Below, piece by piece: positions 57,983 to 64,000 of a stretch of 64,000 nucleotides of DNA. Within the stretch, counting starts at the first letter, position 1. The number at the start of each line of letters is the position of its first letter. The notes below the pieces were generated by a model. The model worked only from the letters and a program-made list of their open reading frames with translations, did not search any database and was not told the origin of the DNA. Position numbers and translations under genes: made by a program. This stretch comes from an uncultured Rickettsiales bacterium. Its GTDB lineage: Bacteria; Myxococcota_A; UBA796; UBA9615; CAYRNR01. The stretch lies in contig CAZDDH010000004.1 of assembly GCA_964504165.1 (NCBI GenBank), forward strand, positions 16,748-80,747, given 5' to 3'.

Positions 57983-60217
57983 TCAGTTGCTGCCGAGGAT
58001 TTCAAGGTTCGCCCAGTGCGCGTACAACTTGCGCATTCCCTCCCGCCGGAAGAATACCGTCAGCTTGAGCTGAGCGCCGGTTCCTTCGACCCGACGGACC
58101 TCGCCGATCCCGAAGCTGGGATGGCGTACACGCATGCCGGGCTGGAACGGCATGTCCTCCGATGGCTCGTAGACGACGACGACATCGTCGACGTGGTCGT
58201 CGACCTGTGGAGGCGCCGGCGGGGGGGGGGCGGCCGCGGGTAGGTCGGGCTGGCTGATGAGGAACCTCAGGAAGGGTGAGGGCCGTGTGGGCCGCCAGCC
58301 CTGGTAGGCACCGCCCCCCCGATCGACCACCATGAAGCGGCGTCGCGCGCGAAACAGGCACAGCCGGTCCTCGGCGCGGGTGCAGGCCACATAGGCCAAC
58401 CGGAACTCCTCCTCCAGGCCGGACTGGTTGCCGGCGGCCCGGCTGTTGGGGAAGATCCCCTCGTCGAGCCCCACCAGGCAAACCAGGCTGAATTCCAGCC
58501 CCTTGGCGCAATGGATGGTCATCAGATTGACCTTGGCCGCCGGCTGCGCCTCACCACCACCCGGCTGATCCGTACCCGCCCCGTCGGCGAGCTTGTCCGT
58601 GTCGGCGACGAGCGCCGTCTGGTCCAGGAGCTGCCGCACGCCATCGAGGCCACCGGACATCTGCCGTTCGGCGCAAGAACGGACGAACTCCTCGAGGTTC
58701 TCCACCCGCTGCTGCCCCTCGTGGCTCCCGTCATCCAGGTAATGCCGTGCCAGCCCAGAGCGTTCCACCACCCGCGCGACGAGCTCGTCCAGCGACAGGG
58801 TGTCCGCCTCCTCCCTCAGGGAACTCAGCAGCTCGGAGAAGGCGATGAGTTTCTTGCCCACGGCCGTTCCGACGGCCCGTTCGTCCACCGCGGCGCCGAG
58901 GGCCTCTTCGACGGCCAGCCCGCGGCGGGCAGCGACCCCCAGCACCTTGAGCACCGTGGCCGGGCCGATCCCTCTGGTGGGCGCCCGCACCGCCCGGGCG
59001 AAACTGACCGTATCGGCGGGCTGCACCAACAGCCGCAGATAGGACAAGATCTCCTTGACCTCGCGGCGCTCGTAGAACCGCATCCCTCCGATGAGTACGA
59101 ACGGGATGCCGGCCTGCTGGAAGGACTCCTCCATGGAGCGGGACTGGGCGTTCGTGCGGTAGAGCACCGCGATCTTGTCCGGCGAGAGCCCCCGGGCGAT
59201 GGCCTGCTGGACCTGGTAGGCCACACGGCGGGCCTCGTCCGCCTCGTCCCGGGCGGTCTCCAGTTGTAGCGGCTCTCCCTCGCCCCGTTCGGTCCACAGC
59301 TGCTTGGGCTGGCGCCCGCCGCCGCCGCTGTTGACCAACCTGGACGCCGCATCGAGGATGGCCGTCGTCGAACGATAATTCTGGTCCAGGCAGACCTCGG
59401 TGGCGTCCGGATAGTCGTCGGCGAAGCCGCGGATGTTGCCCACGTCAGCGCCCCGGAAGCTGTAGATCGACTGATCGTCGTCCCCCACCGCACAGACGCT
59501 GTTGTCCGGTAGAGCCAGCATCTGCACCAGGCGGTACTGCAGCTCGTCCGTGTCCTGGAATTCATCCACCAGCAGGTGGCGAAACCGCCGCTGGTACCGG
59601 CTCAGCACGTCCGGGTTCCCCTCGAACAGCTCCACGGCCAGGACCAGCAGATCGGTGAAGTCCACGGCGTTGCTCTCGCGAAGCCGGCGCTGATATTCGC
59701 CGTAGGCCTGCCACTGGACCCCCACCAGCCCTGCCCCGCGGCAGGCCTGGCTATCGGACGGATCGACCCGGGACCGCTTAGCCCGTTCGATGCGGGAGAG
59801 GATCCGCGCCGGGGACTCCTTGCGGGAGGTGTCCAGCTCCTTGAGGACCCGTTTGAGCAAGTCCTGCTGGTCCCGCTGGTCGTAGATCACGAAATCTCGC
59901 TGCAGCCCCACGTGCTGCGCCTCTTGCCGCAGGATGCGCAGGCAGGCGGAGTGGAAGGTGTGTACCCAGGCTTCGGAGGCGTCCCCCACCAGCAACTGCT
60001 CGACGCGGCGTTTCATCTCGCCCGCCGCCTTGTTGGTGAAGGTCACCGCCAGGATCTGCCACGGCTCCGCCATCCCCGATTCGATGAGGTAGGCGAGCCG
60101 GTAGGTCAGCACCCGGGTCTTGCCCGATCCCGCCCCGGCGAACACCAGCAGCGGGCCCGGCGGCGTGGTGACGGCTTTGCGCTGTGCCTCGTTGAGGCTG
60201 GACAGGTCGAGGGCCAT
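57983..60217 (-). CDS. pcrA: ATP-dependent DNA helicase, UvrD/PcrA/Rep family.
   Basis: GAGSGKTRVL Walker A and the other helicase motifs. The ATG overlaps the glmU stop as ATGA. Confidence 0.9.
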   Translation of the reverse strand: MALDLSSLNEAQRKAVTTPPGPLLVFAGAGSGKTRVLTYRLAYLIESGMAEPWQILAVTFTNKAAGEMKRRVEQLLVGDASEAWVHTFHSACLRILRQEAQHVGLQRDFVIYDQRDQQDLLKRVLKELDTSRKESPARILSRIERAKRSRVDPSDSQACRGAGLVGVQWQAYGEYQRRLRESNAVDFTDLLVLAVELFEGNPDVLSRYQRRFRHLLVDEFQDTDELQYRLVQMLALPDNSVCAVGDDDQSIYSFRGADVGNIRGFADDYPDATEVCLDQNYRSTTAILDAASRLVNSGGGGRQPKQLWTERGEGEPLQLETARDEADEARRVAYQVQQAIARGLSPDKIAVLYRTNAQSRSMEESFQQAGIPFVLIGGMRFYERREVKEILSYLRLLVQPADTVSFARAVRAPTRGIGPATVLKVLGVAARRGLAVEEALGAAVDERAVGTAVGKKLIAFSELLSSLREEADTLSLDELVARVVERSGLARHYLDDGSHEGQQRVENLEEFVRSCAERQMSGGLDGVRQLLDQTALVADTDKLADGAGTDQPGGGEAQPAAKVNLMTIHCAKGLEFSLVCLVGLDEGIFPNSRAAGNQSGLEEEFRLAYVACTRAEDRLCLFRARRRFMVVDRGGGAYQGWRPTRPSPFLRFLISQPDLPAAAPPPPAPPQVDDHVDDVVVVYEPSEDMPFQPGMRVRHPSFGIGEVRRVEGTGAQLKLTVFFRREGMRKLYAHWANLEILGSN

Positions 60218-61782
60218 CAGCCGTCCTCTCCGCCGCTGGGATCCTTGGTTTCTGCGGCGGCGGCCCGTTTGGCCTGCTTGGCCCGCTGGACGCGCTCGTG
60301 CTTCCGGTCCCCGGCGCCCTTGATGAGCTGGGGCCGGGCACGGGTGACCATCAGCGAACCCGCCGGCACGTCCTTGGTGACCGTGGTGCCACTGCCCACG
60401 TACGCCCGGTCTCCGATCGTGACCGGGGCTACCAGCTGGGAATCGCTGCCCACGAAAGAGTCTTCGCCGATGGTGGTGATGCTCTTGTTCAAGCCGTCGT
60501 AGTTGCAGAAGATCACCCCGGCGCCCACGTTGGAGCGGCTACCGATGCGGCCATCCCCCAGGTAGGCCAGGTGATTGGCCTTGGCGCCGTCGTCCAGCCG
60601 GGTGTTCTTGGTCTCCACGAAGTTGCCCACGTGCACGTCACGGGAGAGGGACGATCGCATCCGCAGGTGGGAGAAGGGGCCCACGCGGCATTCCTCCCCC
60701 ACGACCACCCGATCCTCGTCCGTGGACTGGGCGGGTTTCTTCTCGTTGATCCCGGTCATGATGGAATAGGGCCGCACCTGCGCTCCGGCCTGGATGTCGG
60801 CGGCCTGCAGGATACACCCCGCCCCGATGACCGCCCCCGCCCCCACCGTGCAATCGGTGAGGATGGCTCCGCTGCCGATGACTGCGTCACCGGCCACGAC
60901 GACGGTGCCCCGCAGCTGTGCCCGGGGCTCCAGCACCACGTCGGCCGCCAGCTCTACCTCGGGATCAACCCGGACGCTGCCGGGATCGTGGAAGGTCACA
61001 CCGGCCTTCATCCACCGGCTAGCCACCTGCTGGTACAGCAGGGTCTCGACCCGCGCCAACTCCTCCCGATCGTTGACGCCCTGCACCTCCAGTGGCCGCT
61101 CGTGCGGGACGGCGTCCACGCGCAGCCCTCGTGCGCGCGCGCCCGAAACGATGTCCGTCAGGTAGAACTCCCCTTGGTCGTTGTCCGTGCTCAGCTCATC
61201 CAGCAGGCCGGGTGCTCCGCCCGCCCCGAAGAGATGCCGGACGTCCACCGCGTAGATGCCGGTGTTGATCTCTCGCACCGATCGCTGCTGCGCGTCACAG
61301 TCCCGTGCCTCGACGATGCGCTCCACCTGGCCCCCGGCATCGCGGATCACGCGGCCGTACCAGGCGGGGTCGTCCAGCACCATGCTCAGCACCGTCACCG
61401 CGTTCCCCTCGGACTCGTGGTGCCGGGCCAGCTCCGACAGCGTCTCCGCGCGCATCAGCGGCACGTCGCCGGGCAGGATCAGAGCAGTGCCCTGGAACGG
61501 CTGCAGCGACGGTGCGGCGCTACGGACGGCATCCCCCGTGCCCAGCTGCTGCTCCTGGACCGCAAAGCGTGCCTGCGGCAGGGACTCCAGGGCCTCGGTG
61601 ACCCGCTCCCGCTGGTGGCCGACCACCACCACCACGGGGTCACAGCCGGCTCCCACCGCGGCATCCAGCACGCGGCGCACCATCGGCTGCCCCGCCACCG
61701 CATGCAGCACCTTGCCCAATGAGGATTTCATCCGAGTTCCCTGGCCGGCAGCCAGGACGATTGCACAGCGTAGATCGGCCAT
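60217..61782 (-). CDS. glmU: Bifunctional GlmU: UDP-GlcNAc pyrophosphorylase plus glucosamine-1-P acetyltransferase.
   Basis: LAAGQGTRM and C-terminal left-handed beta-helix hexapeptide repeats. ATG at 61782 with GGGAGG RBS; the listed ORF starts at 61800. Confidence 0.9.
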   Translation of the reverse strand: MADLRCAIVLAAGQGTRMKSSLGKVLHAVAGQPMVRRVLDAAVGAGCDPVVVVVGHQRERVTEALESLPQARFAVQEQQLGTGDAVRSAAPSLQPFQGTALILPGDVPLMRAETLSELARHHESEGNAVTVLSMVLDDPAWYGRVIRDAGGQVERIVEARDCDAQQRSVREINTGIYAVDVRHLFGAGGAPGLLDELSTDNDQGEFYLTDIVSGARARGLRVDAVPHERPLEVQGVNDREELARVETLLYQQVASRWMKAGVTFHDPGSVRVDPEVELAADVVLEPRAQLRGTVVVAGDAVIGSGAILTDCTVGAGAVIGAGCILQAADIQAGAQVRPYSIMTGINEKKPAQSTDEDRVVVGEECRVGPFSHLRMRSSLSRDVHVGNFVETKNTRLDDGAKANHLAYLGDGRIGSRSNVGAGVIFCNYDGLNKSITTIGEDSFVGSDSQLVAPVTIGDRAYVGSGTTVTKDVPAGSLMVTRARPQLIKGAGDRKHERVQRAKQAKRAAAAETKDPSGGEDG

Positions 61783-61853
61783 CACGCCTCCCGAACGCAT
61801 AGTCGATTTTCAGCGCACGCCCGTCAACCTCTCAAACGAGGGAATCGGACCGA

Positions 61854-62681
61854 TCAGGAGGACTCGTTGATCAACAGAACGTATTCGGTGGGAGCGCCGG
61901 ATACCCCGGCGACCATCACGAAGTAGCTGACGCCGGGTTGCAGGGGTGAACCCATGTGCTCCGGTGAAATCAGGGAGCGTTCGTCGGAGAACGTGATGAC
62001 CTGCTGCGCGGAGTTGAGCAGCTCCATGCCAAGATCGTTGTAGTCGTAGGGCCACCACAGGGTGAACGTCACGTCGGTGGCGCTCTCGACGACAAAACGA
62101 TAGTAGTCCAGGTCGCCGGTGTAATCGTCCTGGTTGTCGTGGGACAGCAGGGTCAGATCGCCGCGGATGGCCAGCGGGAAATCGACATATCCGAAAGACT
62201 GGGAGTCCGCCTCCGTGTCGTTCGGCTCCTCCTCGAAGAAGAAGGTGCGGCCCAGGTCCACCACATGGGTGACCGGCTCGGACTGGTGGCCCGCCTTGTC
62301 CTCCAGCACCAAACCCAGCTCCACCGCGCCATCGACGGCAAAGGGCGTCAGATCGAGGCGAGCCTCCCCCTCGTCGGCGAGCAGGGACACCGCCGCGTGG
62401 GGCAGGTCATAGGCACTGATGCTGTCCCCGTCCACGGTGACGTAGAGCGCCCCTTCACGGACGTCGTGGTTGGCGTCCGTCCAGTGGAACCCCACGTCGA
62501 GCTTCCAGGATTTGTAGTCCGCCTCGGCCTCGATATCGGACAGAGCCGGGTAAGCAGAGGCTCCGGCGCTGTCGTCGTCGTCCGCGGTTTGCCCCAACCC
62601 CACCTGGCACCCGGAGGCGCACAGCAGGCCCACCCACAACGGGGCCGCGACGAGGACGAGCGACAGGGGTTGACGTAGCAT
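61854..62681 (-). CDS. Hypothetical lipoprotein.
   Basis: Lipobox [11 protein letters not shown]. 275 aa. Confidence 0.55.
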   Translation of the reverse strand: MLRQPLSLVLVAAPLWVGLLCASGCQVGLGQTADDDDSAGASAYPALSDIEAEADYKSWKLDVGFHWTDANHDVREGALYVTVDGDSISAYDLPHAAVSLLADEGEARLDLTPFAVDGAVELGLVLEDKAGHQSEPVTHVVDLGRTFFFEEEPNDTEADSQSFGYVDFPLAIRGDLTLLSHDNQDDYTGDLDYYRFVVESATDVTFTLWWPYDYNDLGMELLNSAQQVITFSDERSLISPEHMGSPLQPGVSYFVMVAGVSGAPTEYVLLINESS

Positions 62682-62797
62682 CCGGTGATACTCTCCTAAC
62701 GTTTATGGAAACCTCCCGATGGGATGCTGTCAAGGACATGGCGCGTCCAGGGTGGGGCTGGTACAATCCGGCCCTTCCACGAAACCAGGAGAACGGC

Positions 62798-63412
62798 ATG
62801 GCTGGAGCAAGCGTCAACAAGGTGATCCTCATCGGCAACCTCGGGCAGGATCCGGAGCTTCGTTACACGGGCAGCGGCAAGCCGGTGGCATCGTTCACGA
62901 TCGCCACTTCCGAGCGGGGCCGCAAGGACGACGGCGGGGACAATCGGACCGAGTGGCACTCGATCGTCGTGTGGGACCGGCTTGCCGAGCAGTGCAGCCA
63001 GTACCTCCACAAGGGCCGCCAGGTGTTCCTCGAGGGGCGTCTACAGACGCGTTCGTGGGAAGACCGCAACAGCGGCCAGAAGCGCTACAAGACGGAAATC
63101 GTGGCTCACTCCGTCCAGTTCCTGGGCTCTTCAAGGGGCGGGGACGGCGGTGGATATGGCGGCCCGCCTCCTCCAGGGGACGACGACTACCGTGGTAGCG
63201 GCGGCGGTCGTGGCGGCAGCGGTCGTGGCGGCAGCGGCGGCGGTGGCGGCGGTGGCGGCGGTGGCAGCTGGGGTCGCGACTCCCGGGGTCCGTCCGGGCC
63301 TCCCCAGGACAGCCCTCGCCAGGACACGCCGCCGGCAGCACCGGCCGCGCCTGCGGCATCCAACCAGGAACGTGAGATCCCCTACAACGACGACGAAGAC
63401 ATTCCGTTCTAG
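62798..63412 (+). CDS. ssb: Single-stranded DNA-binding protein with a long Gly/Arg-rich tail and a C-terminal acidic tip (DDEDIPF).
   Basis: [18 protein letters not shown]...[14 protein letters not shown]...[12 protein letters not shown] (OB fold). AGGAGA RBS. Confidence 0.9.
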   Translation: MAGASVNKVILIGNLGQDPELRYTGSGKPVASFTIATSERGRKDDGGDNRTEWHSIVVWDRLAEQCSQYLHKGRQVFLEGRLQTRSWEDRNSGQKRYKTEIVAHSVQFLGSSRGGDGGGYGGPPPPGDDDYRGSGGGRGGSGRGGSGGGGGGGGGGSWGRDSRGPSGPPQDSPRQDTPPAAPAAPAASNQEREIPYNDDEDIPF

Positions 63413-63459
63413 CGCCGCCCGGGCGGCACACCCTCGCGATCCTTCCGAGCCCGTGGCCG

Positions 63460-63942
63460 TCAGTTCTCCGGCTGCACCACCACGACAGGCACTAGGCACC
63501 AGGGTTTCTCTGGCAACTCCACCGCCTGATACCACAGCAGGGTCTCCCCCCTGGTACCGAGCATCTGCGTGGCCGCGTCGATCTCGTTGAGGGTGACCCG
63601 TACTTCTGCTTTGGTGTTCTCTTCGTCCAGCAAGATGTAGTCGATGGTGAACGATTCGACGACGGGATAGCTGGCGCCGGGAGAGGTCGACGACTTCAAG
63701 AAAGCCACCCGGTCGTCCGCCTTCTCGTAGAACTCGGACGCCGCTTGGAAATCGTGCCAGCGCATGGCGATCATGTACTCGTGGGCCCGCTCACCCACAT
63801 TCTTGGTGGCCTTCTTGCGCTGCCGTTCCTTGCGCTGCTGTTCCATCTTCTCGCGGGTCTTCTCGTCGCAGCCGCTTTGCACACCGACCGACCCCAGCAG
63901 CAGGATGCTGGCCAGCACCCATCCCAACGTTCTACAAACCAT
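63460..63942 (-). CDS. Hypothetical lipoprotein.
   Basis: Lipobox LLLGSVGVQSGC. 160 aa. Confidence 0.5.
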   Translation of the reverse strand: MVCRTLGWVLASILLLGSVGVQSGCDEKTREKMEQQRKERQRKKATKNVGERAHEYMIAMRWHDFQAASEFYEKADDRVAFLKSSTSPGASYPVVESFTIDYILLDEENTKAEVRVTLNEIDAATQMLGTRGETLLWYQAVELPEKPWCLVPVVVVQPEN

Positions 63943-64000
63943 CGTTCACATAATCCTTTCCGCCGATTTCGGGAAATCGAGGCCGGAAGAACCGGGCCTG

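Noticed and set aside
57983-60217. The UvrD/PcrA helicase considered as a defence-island helicase.
   Set aside because: It is ATGA-coupled to glmU and followed by ssb, a typical core-genome context. It has full-length PcrA architecture and no partner nuclease.

Overview
This is a high-GC (~70%) bacterial chromosomal window. Several features point to a Myxococcota-type lineage: many lipoproteins, a MYXO-CTERM-like sorting tail, MopE-like Cys/Asp-rich metal-binding repeats, MJ0042-type zinc ribbons, thrombospondin type-3 repeats and AgmX/PglI-like C-terminal domains. Most of the window is housekeeping: hisA/IE-hisD, an Opp/Dpp-type ABC peptide transporter, pspA, map, a DEAD-box helicase, an OmpA-family protein, ubiB, an S9 peptidase, rseP, gpmI, the conserved rplU-rpmA-obgE-rsfS-rlmH cluster, comF, an M16 peptidase, an Hsp70/J-protein pair, dtd, pcrA/uvrD, glmU and ssb. 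Against that background several loci look unusual. (1) A minus-strand locus at 2972..8578 encodes a ~1330-aa single-chain protein that combines MG/Ig-like beta-sandwich repeats, an ExbD/TolR-like domain between transmembrane helices and a C-terminal AgmX/PglI(TonB-C)-like domain. A small translationally coupled ORF and a second protein sharing the same C-terminal domain follow it. (2) Two tandem paralogs at 53879..57794 carry an N-terminal MJ0042 zinc ribbon, a GYF-like domain, an acidic disordered linker, one TM helix and TPR repeats. This N-terminal architecture resembles the MglA/MglB-binding gliding-motility protein GltJ. (3) An orphan radical SAM protein (Cx3Cx2C plus a C-terminal Cys cluster) sits beside a TM2-domain protein and an S9 peptidase. 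(4) A truncated Hsp70 with a minimal J-protein and a lipoprotein is preceded by a tandem 15-bp perfect palindrome. (5) The ABC transporter operon is interrupted by a beta-helix/MYXO-CTERM surface protein, and its dppD-like ATPase is frameshifted in a poly-G/C tract. (6) A (GTGACC)n hexanucleotide microsatellite occurs at two intergenic sites. The long antisense ORFs in the six-frame track are high-GC artefacts. I found no tRNA, rRNA or CRISPR array that I can support.
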